Shown here piece after piece: positions 26,021 through 44,104 of a stretch of DNA of 64,000 nt. The position numbers and the translations under genes are program-made. Location: the NCBI GenBank assembly GCA_010909165.1, contig VJWM01000178.1, positions 62,001 to 126,000 of the forward strand. The letters are read 5' to 3'. The DNA comes from Anthoceros angustus (lineage: Eukaryota; Plantae; Anthocerotophyta). The notes beneath the pieces were generated by a model. That model worked only from the letters and a program-made list of their open reading frames with translations, was not told where the DNA came from and did no database searches. The first letter of the stretch is position 1. Every line of letters starts with the position of its first letter.

Positions 26021-26915
26021 TGATTGATGAAGACTGGACTCTTGATCTCAGGGTAGATTCCAACTACCCGAGGTGCATTGAGTGCAAGTGAGATGTACTC
26101 CTCAAATGTTATTATAGGGAACTTGTCTGCAGTGGACAAAAGAAATTTGACAAGAACACAATTTCCGACCCAAGAGATTCCGTCACCTTCCTTACCGTGA
26201 ATGCATTTGCTTCCGACCCTTACCATTATAGGATTGGTCCCTGAAGCTAAATCTTTGCCGAGCCCTCAACGTTTTGAGCTCTTGCCAGGTGAAGTCCACT
26301 GCACATGGGAACAAGAATTCAAGAAAGACTCAACATGGTGCAGGCATAAGAAAGTGATGCCTACAATGACTACTCCCATGAATTTAGCAGGCCAGGCCTA
26401 AAGCATTAATGCGTGCAGTAGCTAAAAACAGCGGCACCTGTAAACCATCCAGTAACGTTGAGCCCATCGACCTCGTAAGTGACCAGTCGATCAAGAAACT
26501 CTGTGTGGTCAGCTATATTCGTTGTATCATTCAGATACACATCATGCATGCATATTAGAACTCCATCCTTTGTCGCTGTTATGTCAGTTTCAATGAAGTC
26601 TGCACCTTCAAGTATGGCCCTCTGCAAGTAAACTGGCCTTTCAGCTAAGAACGAGGATAGCAGAGCCCACACAGGAATCGAAATAAGCTACATCCAATTG
26701 CCGAAAGGAAGAAGAAACAATACCAAGTACGCAGGAGCGGTTTCCTCAGGATATTCTCCATTTGCACCCCTGTGTGCAATGTTGAAAGCACGACTTCTCT
26801 GCAACGGGGAGGAGATGACTCGTCTGAAGGGAACCCCTATGTTTCCTTGCCAATCCAGTTGAGAAATGCACCAGGAGGAAAAGCAGAATCTTCAACACTG
26901 CAACTGGAGACGCAT
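25082..26915 (-). CDS. GDPD: glycerophosphodiester phosphodiesterase (GDPD5/6-type, signal peptide), about 7 exons
   Basis: VLKILLFLL..RAFNIAHRGANGEYPEETAPAYL|RAILEGADFIETDITATKDGVLICMHDV..IITFEEYISLALNAPRVVGIYPEIKSPVFINQH..VFIQSFAPTSL..VVGIGPWKDTIVP..VHPYTFRNEN..GVDGLFTDFPGS. The start ATG appears to need a one-base correction. Partial duplicates at 22927-23860 and 27561-28240. Confidence 0.9.
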
Positions 26916-28890
26916 TCAGTCAACAAAACCTGCCAATGAGCGCAGCTGTGTGCAAATTGAAGGTAAGCTGGTTGAGATCCGTGGAAGTCCAACCATAAAA
27001 CTGCCACGAGCTGGTGCCATTTCGGTGTGTTGGACTTGGACAAGGATCACGACTCCTCACTGGAACACACGGACGACATCCAGAGGTCCGGTTAAGGGCC
27101 GGTCAGGGATTTCAGAGAAACAGATGCCATGGTCGAGCAAGCTCATCACACCAGGACCACTCATTGACATGAAGCTCCACAGCCAGCTATATATCTGAAG
27201 CTTCAGCAGCAGCTGGGCAGCTGCAGCAACGAGCCGCAACAGCATCAGCTCCGGCAGAAACTCAGATTCGCACGGCGCACCACTTTGGAAGGTCACGGAT
27301 ATCCGTGAACTCTCGCATAGATGCTGGCTTGTGTGTACAACAACTAGCATATCCAACGTTTCCTACCTTCTCAATCCGTTGGGCTATTTTTGGCAATTGA
27401 ACGAGTTTGCAATACATAATTAGTCCACAATTGCGGATGACCTAGGACTGATGGTGATGGGTCTTTGTTGATGGTCGAGATGTAATGTTGAATTTTATAC
27501 AGGAGTGTATATTATTATTTTATTATTACTAATACTATTTATTAATTATATTAGTATTAGACCCTGAAGCTAAATCTTTGCCGAGCCCTCAACGTTTTGA
27601 GCTCTTGCCAGGTGAAGTCCACTGCACATGGGAACAAGAATTCAAGAAAGACTCAACATGGTGCAGGCATAAGAAAGTGATGCCTACAATGACTACTCCC
27701 ATGAATTTAGCAGGCCAGGCCTAAAGCATTAATGCGTGCAGTAGCTAAAAACAGCGGCACCTGTAAACCATCCAGTAACGTTGAGCCCATCGACCTCGTA
27801 AGTGACCAGTCGATCAAGAAACTCTGTGTGGTCAGCTATATTCGTTGTATCATTCAGATACACATCATGCATGCATATTAGAACTCCATCCTTTGTCGCT
27901 GTTATGTCAGTTTCAATGAAGTCTGCACCTTCAAGTATGGCCCTCTGCAAGTAAACTGGCCTTTCAGCTAAGAACGAGGATAGCAGAGCCCACACAGGAA
28001 TCGAAATAAGCTACATCCAATTGCCGAAAGGAAGAAGAAACAATACCAAGTACGCAGGAGCGGTTTCCTCAGGATATTCTCCATTTGCACCCCTGTGTGC
28101 AATGTTGAAAGCACGACTTCTCTGCAACGGGGGAGGAGATGACTCGTCTGAAGGGAACCCCCTATGTTTCCTTGCCAATCCAGTTGAGAAATGCACCAGG
28201 AGGAAAAGCAGAATCTTCAACACTGCAACTGGAGACGCATTCAGTCAACAAAACCTGCCAATGAGCGCAGCTGTGTGCAAATTGAAGGTAAGCTGGTTGA
28301 GATCCGTGGAAGTCCAACCATAAAAACTGCCACGAGCTGGTGCCATTTCGGTGTGTTGGACTTGGACAAGGATCACGACTCCTCACTGGAACACACGGGA
28401 CGACATCCAGAGGTCCGGTTAAGGGCCGGTCAGGGATTTCAGAGAAACAGATGCCATGGTCGAGCAAGCTCATCACACCAGGACCACTCATTGACATGAA
28501 GCTCCACAGCCAGCTATATATCTGAAGCTTCAGCAGCAGCTGGGCAGCTGCAGCAACGAGCCGCAACAGCATCAGCTCCGGCAGAAACTCAGATTCGCAC
28601 GGCGCACCACTTTGGAAGGTCACGGATATCCGTGAACTCTCGCATAGATGCTGGCTTGTGTGTACAACAACTAGCATATCCAACGTTTCCTACCTTCTCA
28701 ATCCGTTGGGCTATTTTTGGCAATTGAACGAGTTTGCAATACATAATTAGTCCACAATTGCGGATGACCTAGGACTGATGGTGATGGGTCTTTGTTGATG
28801 GTCGAGATGTAATGTTGAATTTTATACAGGAGTGTATATTATTATTTTATTATTACTAATACTATTTATTAATTATATTAGTATTAGACC
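26238..28890. repeat. about 1.32-kb tandem duplication (GDPD 5' end)
   Basis: 26238-27560 is near-identical to 27561-28890; junction microhomology ccct. Confidence 0.9.
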
Positions 28891-28899
28891 CTATAGATA

Positions 28900-31800
28900 A
28901 ATTTCTAAGGTTGGGTTTGCATACAATCTAACTCGATGGCACTTCTAGTTGCTCCGAAGGATGCACTATCTAGAAATGACCCATCAAAAGCATGACTCAT
29001 TAAAGTTATCCTCGGCAAGACACTATTCACATATGACGAGATCAAAAGTATGTGGAATATTAAAGTTATTGATACCACTAAGACTCCCAAGGCTTCTGTT
29101 TACCCCAGCAAAGTGCGGCAGCCAATGGAATACTCGTTGGTGCGCACGAAGATGAACATGTTCGCCTTGATGTATGCATGTGGGCTTGGACAAGCAAAGC
29201 GGGTTCTCCGGTCTTGGGTCAGGGATGTTTTGATGTAGCAACTATGGCGGTGTTGCTGCCGTTTATTTCATCGTTTCGTCTCCACTTTCACAATCTACTG
29301 TTAACAATTTTTATATAGTGAGATGACCGAACACTAAGAAACGGAAATTACACACCGCTGAAGACGTCATTGCAAACTGCGTACTCGAAGCATCATTTGA
29401 AGAAGCCTTCCAATCTATTAGAAAGATAATAAAATGCACAAATGGCTAATAGGCGTTTAACATAGTTCAATAGAAGCAAAATGGAAAATGATGTTGTACA
29501 ATTTGATTCATCATGGTAATCGGTCGTGACTCTCCAAAACTCATTTGTACCCATTCTTCATGTGAAAATTTTAAAATGGTGTGATGGGTTAAGTACTTCA
29601 CAACGGGAGAACTGCATGCCACAAAAGCTGGTTAGACTTGGCGTTTGAATATTAACTAGAGCAAGCACAACAGAAAATCCACAACAATAAATTGAAGCAT
29701 GTAGCAGTTTTAAATTAAATTCACCATCGTACGTACCTCGAGTTTAATTTACTAATTTTGGGAATGGAGTTTTACTGCTTTGATCATTTGGAACTTGTAG
29801 GCAAGCTTGATGCTAAGGTATGCAATAGATGAACTTAGTGTGAAGCTATGGATGAATATTCATAAATGAAATATATATTTTTCCATTACTTGGTGTAGAC
29901 CAACATAGCAAAGATTTTATGTTAGGCATTTAAAGTATTTTTCAACTATAGCCAACGATATTTTGGGTGAAGAGGCGATGATTAATATGGATGCCACATT
30001 TGGTATAAACAAGTGGAAGTTCAACTCTTCACACTTTTTCTTTTTTGCGATTATTTTCAAGGCATTCTTGTAGCCTAGGCAATCACTAATGTGGCTATAT
30101 CAATTGACCTAAGGCCGATTCAACATCCACCTAGGAAACATAGGGGAAATGTGCTTGAACAAATTTTTAAAGTTGTTCACCTGCACGACAGTGTGTGAGC
30201 GAGTAAACAACTTGCATTTATGGCTTCGTAAAGCCAATGTAATTATATTGGTGACAACATAAAGTGGCCACTGTGTGTTGTATGCTGTAGATGCTTGTTG
30301 ATCCCCTGACGTGATGGAGGAAGCATATTGTGGCAAGGAGCGTGCACGCACGTATGTAGTATCATAGTTTTGAGCTCGGATTTGCTGTGCGTGCTTTGCA
30401 CATTGTTGCTTATCAGGATTATTTAAATAATTATTGTGCAACCATGCACTAGAATATGACCTATCCAATAGCCAATAGCCAAGTAGTGTTCGCTCTAGAA
30501 GAAGAAGCTTTGATTAGCGAGAGCAACGTTGGTGTGCAACCTTTTGCGTGGTGGGAAGCCAATAATCCACGCTCAACGGGCATTTCTAATGAGGGTGCAA
30601 TTGCTTGCATAATAGTAGTCAAGCTCGGTTCAACGGGTCTCCGTCTCTTGGATTGTAAAGCGAATCCGTCTCCACAACATGTCTACCTAGAGCTGAAATA
30701 CAAGGAAGACCAACATGGGTGGAGCTAATGCAAGGAGTTCCATTGAGCTCTTCCCAACTTCACCTCACGTGATAGCCTCGTGAGGGAGCTTTCTCTAAGC
30801 GGATCGTCACTCGACATGCAATCGAGGAGCGCTCTTCGCCTCCCAAATTTTACAAGATCTCGCTAGCCTGGGCGTTGACATCGTCTTAATTGGCAACCTC
30901 CTCCTGGCGGATGTCGTTCATAGCTTCTAGTTTCCGTTTGGAATTGGTGTCGTTGATCAAGAGGGCTTTTTCCTCTTCCTCATGAACATTCAAGGCCCAG
31001 GTCCATATGCCCTTGCGGCAACTCGCAATTGGGTGCATTCATGTTAAGACAATCAAGAAAAGCAACGTTAATCCCAAAAGGTGCCAAGTAGTACACCAAG
31101 GGCAGACTATCATGAAATTGGCCAACTCGTTCACCTCCGTCTAGACCGACAACAACACATTCTACTACTACTATGGACACATATGCCTCTGAAAACAAAC
31201 GACAAGATTCCAACGTGTTGCTGTAATTTACCACTAGCGCTCAAGTCCTTCACTTGCATATTATTAGACAAGTCCTAAATCTATTGGCGTAAATTGATAA
31301 AGAATGGTTTTGATCCAAGCTCCCATTAAGATTTTCTCAACATGAGGTGGAGAAGTTGTTGTGAAGGCTCGGACAATGTTATGTTCCACTTGATTCCTCA
31401 TGGTAATCGGTCGTGACTCTCCAAAACTCATTTGTACCCATTCTTCATGTGAAAATTTTTAAAATGGTGTGATGGGTTAAGTACTACAACGGAGAACTGC
31501 ATGCCACAAAAGTCGTTAGACTTGGCGTTTGAATATTAACTAGAGCAAGCACAACAGAAAATCCACAACAATAAATTGAAGCATGTAGCTTTTAAATTAA
31601 ATTCACCATCGACGTATTTCGAGTTTAATTTACTAATTTTGGGAATGGAGTTTTCGCTTTGATCATTTGGAACTTGTAGGCAAGCTTGATGCTAAGGTAT
31701 GCAATAGATGAACTTAGTGTGAAGCTATGGATGAATATTCATAAATGAAATATATATTTTTCCATTACTTGGTGTAGACCAACATAGCAAAGATTTTATG

Positions 31801-34005
31801 TTAGGCATTTAAAGTATTTTTCAACTATAGCCATAATATATTTTGGGTGAAGAGGCGATGATTAATATGGATGCCACATTTGGTATAAACAAGTGGAAGT
31901 TCAACTCTTCACACTTTTCTTTTGCGATTATTTTCAAGGCATTCTTGTAGCCTAGGCAATCACTAATGTGGCTATATCAATTGACCTAAGGCCGATTCAA
32001 CATCCACCTAGGAAACATAGGGGAAATGTGCTTGAACAAATTTTTAAAGTTGTTCACCTGCACGACAGTGTGTGAGCGAGTAAACAACTTGCATTTATGG
32101 CTTCGTAAAGCCAATGTAATTATATTGGTGACAACATAAAGTGGCCACTGTGTGTTGTATGCTGTAGATGCTTGTTGATCCCCTGACGTGATGGAGGAAG
32201 CATATTGTGGCAAGGAGCGTGCACGCATGTAGTATCATAGTTTTGAGCTCGGTACGGCGTGCTTTGCACATTGTTGCTTATCAGGATTATTTAAATAATT
32301 ATTGTGCAACCATGCACTAGAATATGACCTATCCAATAGCCAATAGCCAAGTAGTGTTCGCTCTAGAAGAAGAAGCTTTGATTAGCGAGGAGCAACGTTG
32401 GTGTGCAACCTTTTTGCGTGGTGGGAAGCCAATAATCCACGCTCAACGGGCATTTCTAATGAGGGCAGGCAATTGCTTGCATAATAGTAGTCAAGCTCGG
32501 TTCAACGGGTCTCCGTCTCTTGGATTGTAAAGCGAATCCGTCTCCACAACATGTCTACCTAGAGCTGAAATACAAGGAAGACCAACATGGGTGGAGCTAA
32601 TGCAAGGAGTTCCATTGAGCTCTTCCCAACTTCACCTCACGTGATAGCCTCAGGTGAGGGAGCAGCTTTTTCTCTAAGCGGACTGTCCGCTCGACATGCA
32701 ATCGAGGAGCAGCTCTTCGCCTCCCAAATTTTACAAGGCAGCATCCTGCTAGCCCAGGGCGTTGACATCGTCTTAATTGGCAACCTCCTCCTGGCGGATG
32801 TCGTTCATAGCTTCTAGTTTCCGTTTGGAATTGGTGTCGTTGATCAAGAGGGCTTTTTCCTCTTCCTCATGAACATTCAAGGCCCAGGTCCATATGCCCT
32901 TGCGGCAACTCGCAATTGGGTGCATTCATGTTAAGACAATCAAGAAAAGCAACGTTAATCCCAAAAGGTGCCAAGTAGTACACCAAGGGCAGACTATCAT
33001 GAAATTGGCCAACTCGTTCACCTCCGTCTAGACCGACAACAACACATTCCTACTACTACTATGGACACATATGCCCTGCTGAAAAACAAACGACAGCATT
33101 CCAACGTGTTGCACCACTGGTGCCACTAGCGTTCAAGTCCTTCACTTGCATATTATTAGACAAGTCCTAAATCTATTGGCAGAAATTGATAAAGAATGGT
33201 TTTGATCCAAGCTCCCATTAAGATTTTCTCAACATGAGGTGGAGAAGTTGTTGTGAAGGCTCGGACAATGTTATGTTCCACTTGATTCCTACATAATGAC
33301 ATTCAAACATAATTTTAAGCTATGGGATTTGGGGGAATTTGTAAATGACCAAATGCAATACATATTTGCCGTATTGGTTGTCGAAATTTGTATGTTTAGA
33401 TCTATTGGACTTATGTTTAATCAAATTACTATGTCTTCCCGATCTGTAGTTGTTTTTCAATGGGTATATATTCTATATGTGCAATTAAAAGAACAAAGGG
33501 CTAAATCATTATGCTAGCTAGGTGTGAATTTGTGTCTAGAAGTACATAGCTTTTCGAATTAAGCAGTAGATATCAACATCACTTAAGGTGGTTTCAAACA
33601 TACTGACCAATCAAAAATAACGATTTCTAATTGCTCCATCCTAGTTGCATAGTTTCACAAATACCGGGTGGTTAATCTTACATGGCATGACTGGGGTGAG
33701 TCAATTTATATCTAGCTTATTAGTGGGCGCAAATCAATACACTCGATCGACTGGGAAGCTAAGACTTACTTCCAATAAGCTCAGACTTGCTTTTAATAAG
33801 CTTATACCACATGCCCTGAAAATTTTGTTTCATCCGAATAAAATGTATGTAATAAATTTTTGACACTTGCCTTTTGGATTTGTTAGGGATGTGTGAAATG
33901 TTGAGGTGGTCGTGCTTTTGACCACTCCCAAAAAAACAAGAAACCCTAAACCCTAAACCCTGATTGGCCATTATCGGGCAAATATATGTGCAATCACCCT
34001 TATTG
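28900..34005 (-). mobile_element. highly decayed DNA transposon (hAT-like) remnant, with internal 1.9-kb duplication
   Basis: Minus-strand fragments ATRWNA (about 33100), EFWR (about 29535) and VKRLLAI (about 29450) in hAT order. Possible TAAGG-starting ends at about 28906 and 34002. 29503-31398 is duplicated at 31391-33290. Confidence 0.4.
33940..33961. repeat. short CCCTAAA telomere-like/telo-box run
   Basis: aaaccctaaaccctaaaccct. Confidence 0.7.
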
Positions 34006-34648
34006 TCCTTTAATTTATTAACATACAAATTAATCGTTAATTAGACTCAATAAAATTTATTCCATTTTTCATTTTTGCGTGTCATGCTTGCGCATGGGCC
34101 ATGTTACTTTTCCATATATCATTCTAATTTTTTGAGATTTTCAGAAGGAAAATAAAATTTATTATAGCATATATTACTATAATAAAAATTATATAAATAA
34201 AAATCTTGTATTATTATTTTTAGAGGTACGAAAGACTACGTAGTAAAATCTGAGATCTCATATGATGTCCGGCGGGCCAGGGAAAAATGCACGGCAGCCG
34301 AAGAAGATGAAGAAGGCTCCAAGGAAGCGTGAGATAAAGCAATTGGGCAGGATTGGGTTAAGGTAACCAACTAAATGTGTGGTGGGGATAACGGCCACAC
34401 CACCCAAACCTAGAGCCTTCTATGTAGAAGGTTCGCCTGGTGCTATCATATCCTGGCGAGCCTGCGGCAGCACATTTGTCCAAGCCTGCCCTCGCTGCCT
34501 ACTGGACTGTTTGCTTTGCCTGTAGCTGGTTCTCCGCCTCACTGTAGCTTGTGCGGCACTGCACCTCATTCCCACGTCTCTCTGAGGGGTCTGCCTTCTC
34601 GTTGCTGCGTGTTGCTGTGAGCTCCGTTTCTGCACCGGGCGTGTCGTA

Positions 34649-39115
<4,467 letters not shown>

Positions 39116-39344
39116 AACGTGCAGAGGATAGATATAGCCTTGTAGTTCGTGCTGTTGAGTTAGGGTCCGCGCTCGGGCACAGCGAAGGACGGAAGAGGTG
39201 CTTGGAACAGTAGCCACAGGGAGCTTGTAGGCAGAAACATTCATATGCTAAGCATTTTTGTATTTCATCTGAAATTAGGTCAGCTATTGTTGTGAAGGCG
39301 TAGTAGCTTTGATTTATACGACTGGACTAGAATCCTTTTGTCCT

Positions 39345-42300
39345 ATTTGTCCGATGTTTGGTTGCAGATGATGGAGAGTTTCCCACCGTCCACTTCCCTG
39401 CGACAGATTGCGTCCCCGAAAACTTGCGTGTCGGGTTGCCACAGTGACAGTGAACCCAGGATCACCTCCAAAGTAAGAAGTGGCAACGAATAAAACTGAA
39501 CAGTGACAGTTGACCGTCGCCGCCATCCCCTTCTCCCCACCACCATAATGTGCCTAAGCACCGTGTTTGTATTCACGGTGATCAATGATCCTACCTCAAG
39601 TAAGTACTTACCTCAATCGATATACGCCTCCCCGAGACCCTTACCATTGACTGCTACGACAAAAATCCCGAGGATGAGCACCTATTCTCGAAGAAAAGGA
39701 ATCCTGAGAAATCGTCGCTCTCAACAAGTGATGCTTCTACGGCCCGTTGAAAGAGCCTTGCCTATAAACCACCCTATTATGTACCTACTAAAGCGACTCT
39801 CGAACATCCTCGAAAGGCACGTTACCGTGTCTCACTACGCCGTAATAGAATCAGGGTGGCATTGAACGGTGGATCGAAACGGTAAATGGGCTCTTTTGCA
39901 CCAGCTTGACAAACATACATTGAGTGGACGCGGCGCTTCACCTATACATAAATACCGTAGGGGCTTTAGTTTTGGGCGTCCATTCGCCAAATATAACACG
40001 GCTTCCAATTTTCCACGAAAGTTATCTATTTTATTAATTATCGTGTTTCTAAAAATATTTAATTTTACATACTAAAACATCAAAATCCTAAAACAGAAAG
40101 TATCTACTAAAACCACCTTGCGCCTCTATCCCAAGACATGGGCACATGCTTGGCAAGGCCATCCCTTGGCTCACTTCACGAGCCGCCGCCTGCAGATTTG
40201 CACCAAACCAAATGTGTGGCTATGTGATGCTCTCCCTTGGCGAGTAACAGCCAAGGGTGATAAAAGAGAAACTTTTTTGCGTGACATGTTGATGTTGTGT
40301 TAGGATCTTTGTTGGGTCCGAGCCCGACTGCTTCACTTCAAGCTCGCTTTGTGCTTCGCTCAACCGCTAAGTATGCCTAACATATAATTCCACACTTGCA
40401 ATTGCTTCTCCTAACATGTAATTCCACACTTGCAATTGCTTCTACTATACGGGCCGACAAAAAATTATATAAGTAGGTGTATAATCTATCCTATTTAAAT
40501 AGTGTTCTATCAAAATATAACATATTATTAAAAAATAAAATTTTAAAATGATTAGAGTTGAATTTTTTGAATTCAAAATAAAGAAAGATTTTGACATTAC
40601 GGTGTCCAAAACCAGAGGCCTCTAAGACATTAACCCTTAAACGCCGAACCGACTCAAGTTGAGTCGCTCGGGCCACGTTTGGCCTGCGTGTTTTTTTTTT
40701 GTCTTGGCGAGTTTTGCTTCCGGAGCTTTGAGCAAACTATGCTAAGCCTCTTGCTGACCGCTGGAATTTTGACACAAGAAAGACGGCCATCTCCATCACA
40801 TGTTGGAGCAGATCGAAGCCGAAGCTACTTCACGATCTGAGAAAACCGACTGGTTCCCCTCAGGCCTCCCTCCCGTGACATGCCTACTGTGCTTCTTCCC
40901 ATTGCAACCATGGCCCCCGATTGCCACCGCTGTGACTGCATGCAGTCTGTCTCAAGCCCGTTTGCCCCCCATACGATTGGATATGCAAGGGATATCCTCA
41001 CATGTGGTGTAGGTAGTAACACCGGCGACGGGGAGTTCTCAGACCTACACGCTGCCAAGCGGTGGAAGGCTAAGGCCCGCGTAAGTCCGCATGCTTGTTG
41101 ACGAAGTCGATTTAATGACCATGGGTCAAGTGTTGGGTCTTGAATTTCATCTTCTCAAAATGTTATGTGTCCCGGCGGTGTCCGATGGACCCCATTAATA
41201 TCGTATCCTCTTGTGCTCTTTGTCCGATGTTTGGTTGCAGATGATGGAGAGTTTCCCACCGTCCACTTCCCTGCGACAGATTGCGTCCCCGAAAACTTGC
41301 GTGTCGGGTTGCCACAGTGACAGTGAACCCAGGATCACCTCCAAAGTAAGAAGTGGCAACGAATAAAACTGAACAGTGACAGTTGACCGTCGCCGCCATC
41401 CCCTTCTCCCCACCACCATAATGTGCCTAAGCACCGTGTTTGTATTCACGGTGATCCTACCTCAAGCTTACCTCAATCGATATACGCCTCCCTGAGACCC
41501 TTACCATTGACTGCTACGACAAAATCCTGAGGATGAGCACCTATTCTCGAAGAAAGGAATCCTGAGAAATCGTCGCTCTCAACAAGTGATGCTTCTACGG
41601 CCCGTTGAAAGAGCCTTGCCTATAAACCACCCTATTATGTACCTACTAAAGCGACTCTCGAACATCCTCGAAAGGCACGTTACCGTGTCTCACTACGCCG
41701 TAATAGAATCAGGGTGGCATTGAACGGTGGATCGAAACGGTAAATGGGCTCTTTTTGCACCAGCTTGACAAACATACATTGAGTGGACGCGGCGCTTCAC
41801 CTATACATAAATACCGTAGGGGCTTTAGTTTTGGGCGTCCATTCGCCAAATATAACACGGCTTCCAATTTTCCACGAAAGTTATCTATTTTATTAATTAT
41901 CGTGTTTCTAAAAATATTTAATTTTACATACTAAAACATCAAAATCCTAAAACAGAAAGTATCTACTAAAACCACCTTGCGCTCTCTATCCGGCACATGG
42001 GCACATGCTTGGCCAAGGCCATCCCTTGGCTCACTTCACGAGCTGCTGCTCCAGCGGCGAGATTTGCACCAAACCAAATGTGTGGCTGCGTGATGCTCTC
42101 TCCCTTTGGCAGTAGCAAATAGCCAAGGGTGATAAAAGAGAAACTTTTTTGCGTGACATGTTGATGTTGTGTTAGGATCTTTGTTGGGTCTGAGCCCGAC
42201 TGTGCTTCACTTCAAGCTCGTTTGTGCTTCGCTTCAACCGGCTAAGTATGCCTAACATATAATTCCACACTTGCAATTGCTTCTCCTAACATGTAATTCC

Positions 42301-43087
42301 ACACTTGCAATTGCTTCTACTATACGGCTGACAGCAAAAATTATATAAGTAGGTGTATAATCTATCCTATTTAAATAGTGTTCTATCAAAATATAACATA
42401 TTATTAAAAAATAAAATTTTAAAATGATTAGAGTTGAATTTTTTGAATTCAAAATAAAGAAAGATTTTGACATTACGGTGTCCAAAACCAGAGGCCTCTA
42501 AGACATTAACCCTTAAACGCCGAACCGACTCAAGTTGAGTCGCCGCCACGCTTTTTCTGGTTTTTTTTGTCTTGGCGAGTTTTGCTTCCGGAGCTTTGAG
42601 CAAACTATGCTAAGCCTCTTGCTGACCGCTGGAATTTTGACACAAGAAAGACGGCCATCTCCATCACATGTTGGAGCAGATCGAAGCCGAAGCTACTTCA
42701 CGATCTGAGAAAACCGGTGTTCCCCTCGTGCCTCCCTCCGTGACATGCCTCGTGCTTCTTCCCATTGCAACCATGGCCCCGATTGCCACACTGTGATCGC
42801 ATGCGCCTGCCTGCCCGTTTGCCCCCCATACGATTGGATATGCAAGGGATATCCTCACATGTGGTGTAGGTAGTAACACCGGCGACGGGGAGTTCTCAGA
42901 CCTACACGCGGCGGAAGGCAGGGAAGGCTAAGGCCCTGCGTAAGTCTGCACAGTTTGTTGACGAGTCAGATTTAATGACCATGGGTCAAGTGTTGGGTCT
43001 TGAATTTCATCTTCTCAAAATGTTATGTGTCCCCAGCCGGTGTCTGATGGACCCCATTAATATCAGCAACATCCTCTTGTGCTCTTG
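39345..43087. repeat. about 1.87-kb tandem duplication (non-coding)
   Basis: 39345-41218 is near-identical to 41219-43087. Confidence 0.9.
39958..40624. mobile_element. possible MITE with imperfect TAG-starting TIRs (duplicate at about 41817-42500)
   Basis: Left end taggggctttagttttgggcg versus reverse complement of right end tagaggcctctggttttggaca. AT-rich subterminal regions; no TSD seen. Confidence 0.4.
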
Positions 43088-43347
43088 AACTGGCCCTCAA
43101 GTTTGCTCAAGAAGCCAATGACCAGTTTAGAGGAACCATTTGAAGATGCTCCTCCTCGTGGAGCACCATGGGCAAGTGAGAATGGCTTCCAAAAGTTTCT
43201 TTTTTGCAATCACATGCATGGATAGAGGAGAGAACGGTGGTAAGTGTCATGGTGAAGGCATGGTTAGGTAATGTGTTTAGAATAATTTATCGGAAAACAA
43301 TTTTTATTTTCAAGAAAAGGGTGGAAATACCCTCCGACGTTTATGGG
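42510..43347. mobile_element. piggyBac-type non-autonomous DNA transposon (838 bp), TTAA target duplication
   Basis: TTAA(42506-09)|CCCTTAAACGCCG ... CGACGTTTATGGG|TTAA(43348-51); 13-bp TIR with 11/13 match. Subterminal palindrome GACTCAA-G-TTGAGTC. A truncated duplicate starts at 40634. Confidence 0.7.
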
Positions 43348-44104
43348 TTAATAAGTATCAGCAGTAAACTCTATAGGTAATTTAATAGCTTACTTTAAAT
43401 ACTCATTATAAGAGGTCATAGGTCTAAAATAAAAACGTAAATAATTAATATTCCTAATCCAAGCATTATTGCCATAACAAAAGAGGAAGTGAATACTCAT
43501 CTAGCTAAGATGAACGCTTTGCACAATATTGCAACTATCTATACGATTACAGCAAGTAATTGGAGCACACATGTCCCTATTAGTACCTCGTCCTAAGGAC
43601 AAGGTACTTAGGAAATATATGATATGCCCGCGTGCGTATAGGGACATATGAATGTGTATAGAGACTTGTGTGCTTTCTGCAATAGCAAGGCATTGTCAAT
43701 TGATGTAGGCATGAGAGGAGATGAATGCCTCGGACACACTATAAAATAATATTGTAATAGGGACTCAATGACAATCTACATAGGAGCAAGCTAAGAGCAA
43801 TATGCAGCCTTCCTAGACCACTGTCTGGGCCTTCACGCCACCACCCTTGTGTTGGAGCCAAAACTCATGTGTGTGTCTACACTGGACATCTGTCCTATCT
43901 TCTATGTGCAAAAACAGCTGATGCAGGAGAACACTTGACATCTGCCTTGCCCATCACAATGTAGACTTGTGAAACAAGTGACATTTAAGGCTGTGAACGG
44001 TTGTGCCTTGCACCTTTTGTACGGACCATCGAATCACCATGCACATGTCCAAGCAGTGGATCGATAGAATACATCTGCATGTCCATCATAGCATATCAGC
44101 CTTT

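Noticed and set aside
34415-34435. heat-shock element upstream of cpHSP70
   Set aside because: Only two in-phase nGAAn units; too weak to call.
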